A stretch of DNA of 64,000 nucleotides from contig OY759316.1 of assembly GCA_963662275.1 (NCBI GenBank), positions 2,848,001 through 2,912,000 of the forward strand, read 5' to 3'. Shown one piece after another: positions 1-12,300 of the stretch. Made by a program: the position numbers and the translations under genes. This DNA is from Candidatus Cloacimonadales bacterium. Its GTDB lineage: Bacteria > Cloacimonadota > Cloacimonadia > Cloacimonadales > DAONDQ01. A model generated the notes under the pieces. The model was not told the DNA's origin. It was given only the letters and a program-made list of their open reading frames with translations, and searched no databases. Position 1 is the first letter of the stretch. Every line of letters begins with the position of its first letter.

Positions 1-281
1 TGTGCTTTATCCAGAAAATATGAAACTTCGGCAGAATGAGAGAAGCTTTTCATTGGAATAAAGTGTTTCAGCAGGGCAAAACCTACAACCATCCCTTCAT
101 CAGTTTCTGCAACATAGAAGCCATCATTCTTCACCTGGCTTTTCAGGAGAGCAAAGGCTTGAAGGGGAACCGGGCTATCCGGATAAGCTGCAAAGCTGTT
201 TTCCACATAATAATTGAAGATCTTGATAATCGCTTCATCATCTTGATCCCGTACTTTTCTGATTCCATAACTGATCATCAT
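1..281 (-). CDS. GNAT N-acetyltransferase (YncA/phosphinothricin acetyltransferase-like), 3' end outside the window
   Basis: Not in ORF track. Manual minus-strand translation from ATG at 281 gives MMISYGIRKVRDQDDEAIIKIFNYYVENSFAAYP...FYVAETDEGMVVGFALLKH...HSAEVSYFLDKA, open to the window edge. Confidence 0.8.
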   Translation of the reverse strand, partial: MMISYGIRKVRDQDDEAIIKIFNYYVENSFAAYPDSPVPLQAFALLKSQVKNDGFYVAETDEGMVVGFALLKHFIPMKSFSHSAEVSYFLDKA

Positions 282-293
282 AAACCTGCCTTG

Positions 294-1508
294 CTATTGA
301 TCAATTTCTTTCATTTTTGAGATTAATTTTTTCGGTTGATCTGTATCATACTGGAGAGTTTCACAGTTATTGAAGAGTCTGAAATGATGCAATGATTTTC
401 CTAAAGCTTTTGACAGATCATTGGTAATTGTGGTTTTCTCTTCCAAGTGGAGATTACGAATAATCAGGGCTTTTGATTTCCGATCCGCTTTCAGATCAAT
501 TCTTCCTATAAAGTTCCCTTTCCAAAGCATGGGTAAACTCCAATATCCATATATTCGTTTAGCACTGGGTACATAACATTCGATTGTGTAATCGAAATTG
601 AACAATCTTTTCAAACGAGGACGTAAAATTACCAGATTGTCAAATGGAGATAATAGAAAAACCTGATGAGGATGATTGGTAACAATGTTTACATGATCTT
701 GACAAAGAGGATACATATAATGAATTTGTTCTAATCCACTAACTCTTATTGGGATTATTTCTTTGTTATCCACCATTTTATTCAGAGCTGCCTTGATGTC
801 TTTTCCATCTCTTGTATGCATATGGTTTAAGATATCCCATTCTGAAGAAATTCCCTGTGCCAGGATAGCTCTTTGCACATAAAATTCACCGAGTTCAAGA
901 GGAGTTGGCATTGTTGTATCAATATAAGAAGGAAGAATTCTTTCAGTCAGATCGTAAATCCGCTGGAAATTATGACGCTCTGTTACCATCAGTTCTCCTT
1001 TCCACATCAGTAATTCCAACACAACCTTCGCAGGTTTCCATTCCCACCAGCCCTGTTGCTTTTGCCCTTGACGAGTGTCTTCAAAATCGGAAGCACCCAA
1101 GGGTCCTTCATCTTTGATTCTTTGCAGAATAGCATCACCTAATTTGTGATGTTTCATCCAAAAATCCTTTTCCCAAGGACTAGATTCAGGAAAACGCTTC
1201 ATACGAGGTAGAAAAAAACGATAGTCTGTCATAGGTAAATAGCTGGCGGCATGACCCCAGAATTCAAAGATAGTGCGATCCTTTGCGAGTAAAGTATGTA
1301 ACCAAGACTGGTCATAATTGGGCATCCTCGACCAAATTGTATGATGATGCGCTCGTTCGATGACAGAAACTGTATCGATTTGGATGTAACCAAGTTCATT
1401 GATCATCTTCAATAAGCCTTCTTTATCGCTTGTATCAAGAAAACGATAAAGCTGATTCTCCAAGGCAATTCGACAGGCAGTGAAGATGTCTATTTCCTGA
1501 TATATCAT
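294..1508 (-). CDS. ycaQ: YcaQ/AlkZ-family (HTH_42) crosslink-repair DNA glycosylase
   Basis: IQID (QxD) motif, FEFWGHAAS, LLSPFDNL, Y.IECYVP..KR.YGY. Confidence 0.85.
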   Translation of the reverse strand: MIYQEIDIFTACRIALENQLYRFLDTSDKEGLLKMINELGYIQIDTVSVIERAHHHTIWSRMPNYDQSWLHTLLAKDRTIFEFWGHAASYLPMTDYRFFLPRMKRFPESSPWEKDFWMKHHKLGDAILQRIKDEGPLGASDFEDTRQGQKQQGWWEWKPAKVVLELLMWKGELMVTERHNFQRIYDLTERILPSYIDTTMPTPLELGEFYVQRAILAQGISSEWDILNHMHTRDGKDIKAALNKMVDNKEIIPIRVSGLEQIHYMYPLCQDHVNIVTNHPHQVFLLSPFDNLVILRPRLKRLFNFDYTIECYVPSAKRIYGYWSLPMLWKGNFIGRIDLKADRKSKALIIRNLHLEEKTTITNDLSKALGKSLHHFRLFNNCETLQYDTDQPKKLISKMKEIDQ

Positions 1509-1604
1509 AAAGCTTCCTTGTAGTACTTCTATTCATAGTTAGAGCAAAGAGTCAAGACAAACCTTGTCGTATTTTAGGGAAATTCAATTTTGTAATAAAT
1601 TTAG

Positions 1605-1634
1605 TTGACCAATTTTTAGGTAATTACATAAAAT
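1605..1634 (+). promoter_or_regulatory. Candidate sigma70 promoter for the adhesin gene array
   Basis: TTGACC-18 nt-TAAAAT upstream of the ATG at 1723. Confidence 0.35.
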
Positions 1635-1722
1635 GGAACAAAATTGATATGTGAAAAACAGATATAGTTTTATCTGAGAGACAAAAAATATGTACGAAAT
1701 CCATTAATAAGGGGGACTTATT

Positions 1723-4700
1723 ATGAATCCGTTGAAGAAAATTCTGATGCTCATGTTAATATTGAGCACAGTTGCGTCTATCATGGCAACCACCGTCACA
1801 ATTGGGACGGGGACATCATCTCAATATTATCCGATAGACAGGCTTTACAACTACAGTGCAGCGGAAATTGTCTATCTGCAGAGTGAGATTGGCATGTCAG
1901 GAAGTATTAATCGTCTTGCTTTTCAAAAAGTGTCTGGCACTGATATTAATCCTATCCTCGATGTTTCAATCTATATGAAGCAAACTACTGCCACAACCCT
2001 AGCTACGGGTGATTACTCCACTGCTGATTATACATTAGTCTACACTGGACCATTCACCAATACTGCAACAACCGGATGGATGGAAGTAACTCTCACAACA
2101 CCATACACATATTCTAATACTCAGAGTTTGTCCATTCTTGTGGTGAAAGGATTTCAGCAATGGACATCCTCTTGTCCTTATTGGGGCTATACGGCAACTA
2201 CAGATAGCAAATTTAGATATGATTATGATGATGATGCTGCTCCAACAACGCTAACACAATCTCTTAATCGACCGAATATCCAGTTGAACATCGTACCTTT
2301 GGAAGGTCCTGCAGTATTTGCTATGAGTCATAGCGCGATCAATTTCGGAACTTGCTTCATTAATGTGACTACATCAGCAACGACTGTCACTGTTTCCAAT
2401 AATGGTGGAACCCCGATGCATATCACTTCAGCCATACTTGGTGGTGCAAACGCAAGTGTTTTCACTAAAACTGATACTAACACTTATCCGGTTACACTTG
2501 CTGCCGGCGGAAGTATGAGTTTTACCGTGTCTTTCCTGCCACTTCTCGCACAACAATATAATGCTACCGTAACAGTCACTGATGATCTCGCACGTACACC
2601 TCATATACTCACTTTGACAGGTTTAGGTTTTGATAACAACATCACAACTTTCCCCTATGTCAACAGTTTCGATGAAACTGCTTTTCCACCGATTGGGTGG
2701 ACAAATCAAAGAATCGTAGGTACCTATACACCCGGTATCTGGGCAGGTTCAGCAACTGGTGTTAATCCTCCCTGCACACCGCACAGCGGTACGACAATGG
2801 CGTATTATAACAGTTACTCAATATCCGCAAACGTCCACACTGTTCTCTCAACGCCACCATTAACGCTTCCCGGAAATAACTACCGAGTTTCTTTCTGGAT
2901 GTATCGTGATATAAGTACTGCGTATAACACACCCAAATATAGCGATGAAGGTATCAGTGCCTGGTTTGGTACATCTCCGACTGATACTACTTTAGCTGTT
3001 AACTTAGGTTTTATACCACGCGATGCTGTTTTTGCACCTGTTGTAGCAGCCAATGGCTGGTACAAATATGGATTTAATTTTCCTGCAAATTCAGCAGGAG
3101 CTGCTAAATATGTGATTTTAAAAGTTAAAAGTCAATTTGGTAACAACATATTCCTGGATGATGTAACCATCGAATTGCAGCCAACAGGCGTACCCTTGCC
3201 TGCAATGGTTTCATCACCAGCAAATAATGTTATTGATCAGTTCCCAACAATCAGCTTGAATTGGCTGCCTGATGGAACTGGTCCGGCAACCTTGGGATAC
3301 CGTTTATCCTTCGGAACAGACAATCCACCCACAAACGTACTGAATAATAGCGATGTTGCTCTAGTTGCTACTTATACACCAACCTTGCAATTTGGTACAA
3401 CGTACTATTGGAAGGTTGTACCTTATAATGCTCTTGGTAATGCAACCGATTGTCCGATTTGGACATTCACAACTATGGCAGACCCAACTGTGACTACTTT
3501 CCCTTATCTTCAGAACTTTGATAGCGTCACAATTCCTGCCATCCCTGTGGGTTGGTCAAAAATGATAGTATCATCCAGTACAGCGGCTATTACCACGAGT
3601 ACATCTACTCCTAACTCTGCACCGAATAATGTTTTAATAAGCAATTCCGGTGATGCAAATGCAAATGTGGTTCTTGTTTCACCTCCAACCCCTAATGTGG
3701 GTTTGACCCGAATTCGTTTCTGGGCAAAAGGTGCAGCAAATTACGTACTATTAGTGGGAACAGTTACAAATCCCGCAGATCCAACATCATTCTCGGAATT
3801 CCAGACAATTAATCTAACTGCCACATATGCCGAGTACTCGGTTTCTTTCGCCGGCTATGCAGGTCAAGCTCATTATATTGGTTTTAAACATGGACTTGGC
3901 ACAGCATATCAAAGCATCTACCTTGATGACTTCTCTTGGCTCTTGATTCCTACAGGTCCTCAGGTGGAAGTGAATGTGACTAATCTTGCTTACGGTGATA
4001 TTTATAATAATTCCACACCTGTTCGAGTTGTTCAGATAAATAATTCAGGTTTAGCAGATCTCAGCTTTACTGTTGCTACATCTGGACAAACAGTAACAAC
4101 GAACTTAACAGGTACTCAAACGCTTACACCTGGTTCTTCCGTGTCTTGTAATGTGACACTTCACCCGATAGCTGAAGGTGCCTTAACAGGTTCAATTACA
4201 ATCAACTCGAATGATCCACTGACACCGGCTCTTCTAATACCTCTGTCTGCAACAGTGCTTCCTGCACTTGCTCCCGGTTTGATAGAAGTAGGGAACGGGT
4301 CTCTTGTTGAAATAAGTCTTCCTGTCGAACCATATTACAATCATAGTTTTTCTCAAACCATTTATTTGCAAACTGAATTGAATCAGCCAAATAGCAGTAT
4401 CAATTCAATTTTCTATAAATTCAATGGTGCAAGTGCATGGTCTGATACAATGCTAGTATATTTGGGACAAACAACTCGTTCTTCTTTCACAAGCACAACT
4501 GATTATGTTCCAGCAACTGAATTAACACTCGTTTATTCTGGATTACTGACTGTCACGGCTGAGGCAGGTTGGGTTGAAATTCCTCTTGATACCCCTTATA
4601 CTTATGACAACGTCTCTAATCTGGTTGTATGTATCGACAAAGATACACCTTATCATCCAAATGCGAATGATTTCTACTGCGCTGCTGTAACAACAAATCG

Positions 4701-6855
4701 CAGTCTCGAACAACATGCTGATGCAGCGACAAGCAACAGTAATGTTAACAATCCATTAGCCGGAACCTTGAAAATGAATATTCCTGATACTCGGTTCCAA
4801 TTCCATACTTTATCCACTATTCCATTATTTTCCGCGATTCCATCTGTTGTGACTTTTGGACAAGTGAATGTTGACAATACATCAACACCAATCAATGTCC
4901 AAGTTCGTAACGCTGGTGGCGGTACATTAATAATTACTCAACCTATCACATTAACAGGTGTTGATGTTGGTCAATTTGCAATGACAGATACACATACTTA
5001 TCCAGTATCATTAAATGCCGGTCAAAGTATCACTGTCTCTGTTACATTCACTCCAAACAGTGCTGGTGTAAAGAGCGCTCAATTGAATATTACTGATAAT
5101 TTAGTATCTGCCCGTAAAGCAACCCTGAAGTCGTACAAATCTGCTGAGTCTGAACGGTTACTACATGTCATACCTATTTCCGGTTCAGGCAATGACGGTG
5201 TGATACATACATTCCCTTATTCACAGGGATACGAAGAAGAAGCTTTCCCTGCTGGTACGGGTTGGGTAGTAGCTGATGGTGCAAATCCAGGACAAGGATG
5301 GCGTCGTAGAGCAACTGCCGGAAATTCACACAACGGAACAGGTTATGCAGTTGTGGGAACTCTTGCAGGTAATCATTGGATGATGACACCGAAATTCGAA
5401 ATCGGAGCTCAGAGTAATACTTTACGTTATTGGATCAAGGACAGTACAGATACTCCAGATTCAGCAGCAACTTCTGTTGGAGAATATCTGAAAGTACTTG
5501 TTTCAACGACGAATGCTGATTCTTCAAGTTTCGTAACACAATTACATAATTATACGAATTATGATCTTCCATCAACATATCAGGAAATGACATTAGATTT
5601 AACCCCATTTAACGGGCAAAATATTTATCTTTGTTTCCTTAGACACTCAACTGGTGGAAAATTCATTTATGTAGATGATTTCTCTGTCGCTGCTGCTTCA
5701 GGTGTCTTAAATCCACCGACAAACCTGACTTACCAGGTCATTAATGAAAATAATGTCACACTCACTTGGGTTGCTCCTGTACCTGCTACAGGAACAACAT
5801 TAACAGGCTACAAAGTCTATCGGAATGATGCAGCACTTCATACAATCACGGATCCATTAATAGTAACTGATACAGATATTTCTGTTGCATCTGGAACTTA
5901 TACATATAAAGTCAGTGCATTATATCTGCAAGGTGAATCAGGATTTACGGATCCTGTTAGTGTTTCAATCACAGGTGGAAATCCGAATGAACTCATCAAC
6001 GATGGTTTCGATTTCTATCCTGATTTTGCGTTGAACTTCGGATATTGGACAAACCGTGATGTAGATCAGCAAAATACATATAATTTTGCAAATACCACAT
6101 ATCCGAATCTGAATTCACACAAAGCATTCATGGTATTTAATCCTAGTGCAGCAGTACCTCCATTAACAAATCCGATAGCTCATTCCGGGAATAAAATGCT
6201 GGCTGCTTTTGATACACAAGCAGGTTCAAATAATGATTGGTTAATCACACCCAGGCTTCTTCTAGGTGAAGATTCATCCATCAATTTCTGGGCAAAATCA
6301 TATAATGACTTGTTTGGATTGGAACAGTTCACTGTGGCAATTTCTACTACAGACAACAACGCTGCCAGTTTCACAAATGTCATTACTGGTCTAAACCCAG
6401 TATCTGTACCCGCTACTAGTTGGACATATTATGATTACGATTTGTCCAACTATGATGGTCAACATGTCTATATTGCCTTCAGATGTGTTTCAACAAGCTG
6501 TCTTGCCTTACTCCTGGATGATTACAAGGTCATTACTACTAATGGAGTGGGTAATGATGATCCGGCACCTTTACCTACAAATACAGTATTGCTGAGTAAT
6601 TATCCAAACCCATTCAATCCTGAAACGATAATTCGTTATGCGATGAAAGATAAGGGTAATGTATTGATTGAAGTCTATAATACAAGAGGACAGAAAGTAA
6701 CAACTCTTGAAAACAGTGTTCGCAATGCTGGCAACTACTCTGTAAAATGGAGTGGTAAGGATCAGTATGGACATTCTGTTGGCAGTGGTGTTTATTTCTA
6801 TAGGATGAAAACAGGTTCCTATACCAGCACGAAGAAAATGATTCTTCTGCGATAA
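1723..6855 (+). CDS. Large secreted multidomain adhesin-like protein (Ig-like/choice-of-anchor D, FN3, cleaved-adhesin/choice-of-anchor J, C-terminal FlgD/T9SS-type sorting domain)
   Basis: Signal peptide; repeated FPY..SF/GF modules; NNDWLITP...INFWAKS...YIAFR...LDD cleaved-adhesin motif; NYPNPFNPET...KKMILLR C-terminus. Confidence 0.85.
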   Translation: MNPLKKILMLMLILSTVASIMATTVTIGTGTSSQYYPIDRLYNYSAAEIVYLQSEIGMSGSINRLAFQKVSGTDINPILDVSIYMKQTTATTLATGDYSTADYTLVYTGPFTNTATTGWMEVTLTTPYTYSNTQSLSILVVKGFQQWTSSCPYWGYTATTDSKFRYDYDDDAAPTTLTQSLNRPNIQLNIVPLEGPAVFAMSHSAINFGTCFINVTTSATTVTVSNNGGTPMHITSAILGGANASVFTKTDTNTYPVTLAAGGSMSFTVSFLPLLAQQYNATVTVTDDLARTPHILTLTGLGFDNNITTFPYVNSFDETAFPPIGWTNQRIVGTYTPGIWAGSATGVNPPCTPHSGTTMAYYNSYSISANVHTVLSTPPLTLPGNNYRVSFWMYRDISTAYNTPKYSDEGISAWFGTSPTDTTLAVNLGFIPRDAVFAPVVAANGWYKYGFNFPANSAGAAKYVILKVKSQFGNNIFLDDVTIELQPTGVPLPAMVSSPANNVIDQFPTISLNWLPDGTGPATLGYRLSFGTDNPPTNVLNNSDVALVATYTPTLQFGTTYYWKVVPYNALGNATDCPIWTFTTMADPTVTTFPYLQNFDSVTIPAIPVGWSKMIVSSSTAAITTSTSTPNSAPNNVLISNSGDANANVVLVSPPTPNVGLTRIRFWAKGAANYVLLVGTVTNPADPTSFSEFQTINLTATYAEYSVSFAGYAGQAHYIGFKHGLGTAYQSIYLDDFSWLLIPTGPQVEVNVTNLAYGDIYNNSTPVRVVQINNSGLADLSFTVATSGQTVTTNLTGTQTLTPGSSVSCNVTLHPIAEGALTGSITINSNDPLTPALLIPLSATVLPALAPGLIEVGNGSLVEISLPVEPYYNHSFSQTIYLQTELNQPNSSINSIFYKFNGASAWSDTMLVYLGQTTRSSFTSTTDYVPATELTLVYSGLLTVTAEAGWVEIPLDTPYTYDNVSNLVVCIDKDTPYHPNANDFYCAAVTTNRSLEQHADAATSNSNVNNPLAGTLKMNIPDTRFQFHTLSTIPLFSAIPSVVTFGQVNVDNTSTPINVQVRNAGGGTLIITQPITLTGVDVGQFAMTDTHTYPVSLNAGQSITVSVTFTPNSAGVKSAQLNITDNLVSARKATLKSYKSAESERLLHVIPISGSGNDGVIHTFPYSQGYEEEAFPAGTGWVVADGANPGQGWRRRATAGNSHNGTGYAVVGTLAGNHWMMTPKFEIGAQSNTLRYWIKDSTDTPDSAATSVGEYLKVLVSTTNADSSSFVTQLHNYTNYDLPSTYQEMTLDLTPFNGQNIYLCFLRHSTGGKFIYVDDFSVAAASGVLNPPTNLTYQVINENNVTLTWVAPVPATGTTLTGYKVYRNDAALHTITDPLIVTDTDISVASGTYTYKVSALYLQGESGFTDPVSVSITGGNPNELINDGFDFYPDFALNFGYWTNRDVDQQNTYNFANTTYPNLNSHKAFMVFNPSAAVPPLTNPIAHSGNKMLAAFDTQAGSNNDWLITPRLLLGEDSSINFWAKSYNDLFGLEQFTVAISTTDNNAASFTNVITGLNPVSVPATSWTYYDYDLSNYDGQHVYIAFRCVSTSCLALLLDDYKVITTNGVGNDDPAPLPTNTVLLSNYPNPFNPETIIRYAMKDKGNVLIEVYNTRGQKVTTLENSVRNAGNYSVKWSGKDQYGHSVGSGVYFYRMKTGSYTSTKKMILLR

Positions 6856-6871
6856 GGAATAACTAATTAAT

Positions 6872-6908
6872 AAAAAAACGGCGTTCTTTAACCGGGACGC
6901 CGTTTTTT
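6872..6908 (+). terminator. Intrinsic terminator, possibly bidirectional
   Basis: AAAAAAACGGCGTTC...GGGACGCCGTTTTTT hairpin with flanking A and T tracts. Confidence 0.85.
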
Positions 6909-6967
6909 ATCAATCCCAAAATAAATGCGGTTTAAATGAACTTGAAACTGAATACCGATAAAACATT

Positions 6968-9019
6968 ATGAAAACATACATAACGATTGTCTGGCTGCTG
7001 TGTATAATGATTCCAGCCTTTTCTATGATGGTTTCAGAAAGAACGGGTTTACTAAGTATATCACCTTCTCAGATAACATATTTGCCCCAAGTTATCTTTA
7101 CTATCTCAGATCCTATAACAGTATCCGTTTCTAATATCGGGGATTCATCCATGCAGATTACTTCAGTTATGTTAAGTGGAACAAATCCTGAAGGATTTAT
7201 TCTGAATGATACAAATCGCTATCCTGCTACCCTTGCTGCAGGTTCAACCATGTATTTTACTGTCACTTTCCATCCGACTGTTATACTGCAGTATGAAGCT
7301 GAAATATTAATCAGTGATGATCTTACCAGAATTTACCATTCACTGCCTTTGTCAGGTTCAGGGAATCATGTTTTTATTGATGATTTTCCTTATTCAGTTG
7401 GTTTTGAGAGTACTTCTTTTCCTCCCGTCGACTGGTCTGTTGCTAATTCTGCAAACTCTCAATATGGCTGGAGGCGATCTACCTATGGAAATGCCCATAC
7501 CGGGAGTACTTATGCAGCAGCAGGTTTAAGACCTGGCAATCATTGGTTAGTTACACCATCATTTATTGTAACTTCTCAGAGTAACACATTGCATTTTTGG
7601 ATTGAGAATGGTATCGAAACACCTGATTCTGCGGCAACATCAATTGATGAATACTTGGATGTGCTTCTTTCTACCTCCACAGCAGATACTTCAAGTTTTC
7701 AACCATTTCTTCATTATACGAATTTCACTATACCCGAAACTTACCTGGAAGTAATCCATGATTTAAGCAGCTATTCAGGAACACTTGTCCGTTTAGCTTT
7801 CATGATGCATTCAACAAATGGAAAATATATATATTTAGATGATTTATCTATTTCTGGTCCTCCTGCTGGAACACTGAATCCACCAACTAATCTCAATGCT
7901 GAAGTTGAAACAAACAAAGTGTATCTGACTTGGCAGGTTCCTTCACATACAATTGAAGAACATCTGAATGGATATAAGATTTATCGGAATAACATTCTTC
8001 TCCAATCAACGAATACACCTCAGTCTGTTACCTATACAGATTCAACTGTTGCATATGGATTCTACACTTATAAAGTGAGTGCATTATATGGATCAATAGA
8101 ATCCGTTTTTTCAAATTCTGTTGGTATCGATGTTTCTTTTGGATATCCGAATCTTATCCTGGCGGATTCATTTGACAGTTATCCTGATTTTACTACTTCT
8201 CTGGGACAATGGACTAACCTTGACCTTGACCAAAGCAACACTTTCAATTTTGATGAGATTACATATCCGAATATGACGATTCCCAAGGCATTTGTGATTT
8301 TTAATCCTACTGAGACTGACCCTCCAATGACTTATCTTTCCGCACATTCAGGAAATAAGTTATTGGCATGCTTTGATAGCTCGAATCCTCCCAATAATGA
8401 TTGGTTAATTTCTCCACGCTTAAGTTTAGGAACGAATTCTTCCATCAATTTCTGGGCTAAATCCTATACTGCTTATTACGGATTGGAAAAATTTAATCTG
8501 TTAGTTTCACTGACAGGTATGAATCCCGAAAACTTCATCAGTATCACAGGTGCTGATACAGTACATGTACCTGCTGTTCAATGGGTTTTACTAAATTATG
8601 ATCTTTCCATGTTCAATAATCGTACAGTATATTTGGCAATTCAATGTGTTTCAGATTTTGCTGTAGCATTACTTATCGATGATTTAAAGATTATCAGTAC
8701 AGGAGGATCTGTCGATATTGAAGATCATGTTGTACCGACTAGCCAAACAACATTACTTGGAAATTATCCGAATCCTTTTAACCCTGAAACGACGATTAAG
8801 TTTATCCTAAAAGAGAAACAGCAAGTATCTATCGATATATTCAATACTCGCGGTCAGAAGGTAAAGACACTCATGGAAGAAACTCGGAATCCAGGAATTC
8901 AAACAGTTATGTGGAATGGGAAGGACAATGAAGATCATTCTGTAGCAACTGGAGTTTATTTCTATCAAATGAAATCTGGTAGTTATTCTCAAACTAAAAA
9001 GATGATTTTACTGAAATAA
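6968..9019 (+). CDS. Shorter paralog of the flanking adhesins (Ig-like, FN3, cleaved-adhesin, sorting domain)
   Basis: Signal peptide; C-terminal part closely resembles 9396..14525 (e.g. ACFDSSNPPNNDWLI, ISITGADTV); NYPNPFNPET C-terminus. Confidence 0.85.
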   Translation: MKTYITIVWLLCIMIPAFSMMVSERTGLLSISPSQITYLPQVIFTISDPITVSVSNIGDSSMQITSVMLSGTNPEGFILNDTNRYPATLAAGSTMYFTVTFHPTVILQYEAEILISDDLTRIYHSLPLSGSGNHVFIDDFPYSVGFESTSFPPVDWSVANSANSQYGWRRSTYGNAHTGSTYAAAGLRPGNHWLVTPSFIVTSQSNTLHFWIENGIETPDSAATSIDEYLDVLLSTSTADTSSFQPFLHYTNFTIPETYLEVIHDLSSYSGTLVRLAFMMHSTNGKYIYLDDLSISGPPAGTLNPPTNLNAEVETNKVYLTWQVPSHTIEEHLNGYKIYRNNILLQSTNTPQSVTYTDSTVAYGFYTYKVSALYGSIESVFSNSVGIDVSFGYPNLILADSFDSYPDFTTSLGQWTNLDLDQSNTFNFDEITYPNMTIPKAFVIFNPTETDPPMTYLSAHSGNKLLACFDSSNPPNNDWLISPRLSLGTNSSINFWAKSYTAYYGLEKFNLLVSLTGMNPENFISITGADTVHVPAVQWVLLNYDLSMFNNRTVYLAIQCVSDFAVALLIDDLKIISTGGSVDIEDHVVPTSQTTLLGNYPNPFNPETTIKFILKEKQQVSIDIFNTRGQKVKTLMEETRNPGIQTVMWNGKDNEDHSVATGVYFYQMKSGSYSQTKKMILLK

Positions 9020-9395
9020 ACTAAATCCGGTTTAACCCCGAGCCTCTTTTGCCAGATTAAATACAATTAGCACTTTTTTTATTCTCAACTCAATGCTTAG
9101 TGAAAGCATCAAGTTAATCATTTAATTATCGAAAATATTAATTGCCTAGATGGATTTATATTGACCTTATATGTAAACGCATTTATCTGTATTCAGAATA
9201 AATTCCGAAGTAAATTAGATTTGTTTATTACATAGGTTTGAACTTCCCTGATAAGTATTTTCGCTACCGAGGATGAAAGGTCGTATCAATGAAGTCCACT
9301 TGCCCTTTTAGCTACTTTCTCATCGAAATTTATCTAGGGCAAATGAACTCCAGATACTCAGCATTCTTGTAAAGTCATACAAAAGGAGACCTTAG

Positions 9396-12300
9396 ATGAA
9401 TATCTTTAAAAAACTCCTGATGCTTATACTATTTATTAATTTATTTGTGTCTATCTTCGCAACAACAATTACAATCGGAACAGGAACGACAATATCCAGG
9501 CGCCCTTTAGCCTGTTATTATGGTTATGAACGAAGTGCAAATCTGTTTCTCGCTTCGGAAATTGGTATGACTGGATACATCACTGACCTGGCATGGTATG
9601 CAACATTAAACCAATCCATTTCGATTCCAACTAAAATATATTTAAAAACGATTACGGATACTACACTGACATCTGTTTCCTGGGCGACGCTAATTTCTGA
9701 TGCAACTCTTGTTTTTGATAGTAATGTTCGTGATTTTACAGCGAATACCTGGAAAGTTGTTGATATCAATGACTGGACATTGACGGTAGGGAATCTCTTG
9801 GTTCTTACAGAATGCAATTATGGGGAAGAGGGTACAGGTAGCAGTAATGGAGCTGGTTTTACGAATACAACGATGTCTTCTAATCTTACTTCTTTCTTAT
9901 ATCAAGATGATTATTTACCTTCAGGCAATATGAGTCTATCTCATGTTCGTCCGAATATCAGAATGAATATTTCTACTCAAATATGTCCTGCAGTATTCAG
10001 TATGTATCCTACAGCGATTGATTATGGGCAGGGCTTTTTGAATCTGACTTCATCTCCCACAAACGTTTTCGTAACTAATAGTGGTGGAACTGCTATGACC
10101 ATCGTTTCTGCTGTATTAGGAGGGGAAACACCCAGTGGTTTCATTGTGAATGATTCCAACACTTATCCGGTTACTCTTAATCCTGGAAGCAGGATGAGTT
10201 TTACTATCCAGTTCAGCCCAACGATAGCTCAGCAATATTCAGCTTCAATAACATTCATCGATGATCAAAGCCGAACATCACATATACTCCCTTTAAACGG
10301 TATGGGTTTAGATGTTTCCATTAACACATTTCCCTATACTGAAAACTTCGATGGAACTATATTTCCTCCTCTTGGCTGGACAAATTATCGGGTACAGGGC
10401 TTAAGTGAACCAGGCACTTGGGAACGCCAGATTCATGGCACTTATCCGACTTGTCTTCCTCATTCGGGAACAGGAATGGCTCTTTATCGTTGTTATTCCT
10501 TGTCAAATGATAACCAGGGTGCATTAGTATCACCACCACTCAATCTCCCTGGTAATAATTACCGTGTAAAATTCTGGATGTATCGTGATGATAATTTACC
10601 TGAGACGATGTATGATAATGAAATGGTCAGTGTTTGGCTGAATTCAGCGCCTGATATGATTGGAGCTGATTCCCTTGGTGTAATTCACCGGAGACTTGAT
10701 CTGTCACCTGTAGAATCTGTAAATGGCTGGTATGCGTATACCCTGAGTTTCCCCCCTACAGCCACAGGCACAAAATACGTGATCTTTAAAGGGCATAGCT
10801 GCACCGGTTATAATATATATATTGATGATGTAACCTTCGAAGTGCAGCCTATAGGTTCTCCATTTCCTGCTACTTTGATTGCACCCTTGAATGGATCGGT
10901 AAATCAAGAAATAACGACTACTCTTAATTGGTGGGCTGATGGTTCTGGACCATCACCGACTTCATTCCGTTTATCGATCGGAACTGACAACCCTCCTACT
11001 AACCTTCTCAATAATTATAATGTCTCATATACAATGTCCTATTCACCAACCCTGCAATATGAAACTACTTATTACTGGCAGGTTATACCATGTAATGCCG
11101 TAGACCAAGCTGCGAATTGTCCTGTATGGTCATTTACTACAATTGCTGATCCAACAGTCACGAATTTCCCTTACTTCCAGAATTTCGATGGAGTCGAAGC
11201 CCCAGAGCTTCCGGAAGGTTGGTCAAAGATACTAGTTTCACCCAGTCCTAATGCACAACTTGAGACAATTATCAATGGGAATCCTCATTCTTATCCCAAC
11301 CATGTTTATTTTCGCACTTCTGGTGATTCTACCGCTAGTCTAATTCTAGTTTCACCTCCAACACCAAACCTGGTATCTACCAGGATACGATTTTGGGCTT
11401 ACGGTTCGGATGGAATTAACCTTATTGTTGGAACAATGTCAAATCCAGCAAATCCTTCATCATTTACTCCTTTTCAAACGATTACATTACATCAGTGTTA
11501 CAGAGAATATAACTTATCTTTTAACGGATATAATGGGTCTGATAGATATATCGGGTTCAAACCTGGTAATCCAGGTATATTTGAAGAAGTATTATTAGAT
11601 GATTTTACTTGGCAATTAATACCTACCGGATCTGAAATCGAAGTGGATCAGGAATGGATTAATTACAGCTTAGTCCATGCAAATGCAACTGCAACAAAAC
11701 CGCTCATAATCAGAAATACAGGTTTGAGTAATTTAAGCTTTTCTGTATCAACCACCTATCCTACAATTACTACAGATTGTGTCGGAACACAAACTCTTTC
11801 ACCAGACAGTTCACAGATATGCGACATCACCATACATCCTACTCTCGAAGGCGATTTTTACGGATCAATCCACATTAATTCCAATGATTCACAAAATCCT
11901 AACCTGGAAATACCTATCGGCGCCACAATACTCCCTGCACTGCCACCAGGTATAGTTGAAGTGGGGGTTGGGACTCTCGAGAATTTAAGTATCCCTACCG
12001 ATGAATATAGCAATCATAGCTTTTCCCAAACGATTTATCTGCAACAGGAATTGAACCAACCGAATAGCCAAATTAATTCTGTGTTCTATCAATATGATGG
12101 TGTCTCTTCATGGGCTGATTCCATAAGAATTTTCATGGGGCATACGACACAAGCACAATTTTTATCCTCAACTGACTGGATACCTGAAAGTGAATTGACG
12201 CTTGTTTATTCAGGATTGTTGCAAGTCTCGTGTTATCAGCTCGGGTGGGTTGAATTACCACTCCAGGATCCATTTATCTATGACAATGTGAGTAACCTCG

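Noticed and set aside
1..281. Frameshifted GNAT pseudogene
   Set aside because: Careful re-reading shows a continuous frame to the window edge. The overlapping plus-strand ORF 36..320 is probably its antisense shadow.
1634..1650. Sigma54 promoter upstream of 1723 (TGGAACAAAATTGA)
   Set aside because: Lacks GC at the required GG-N10-GC position.
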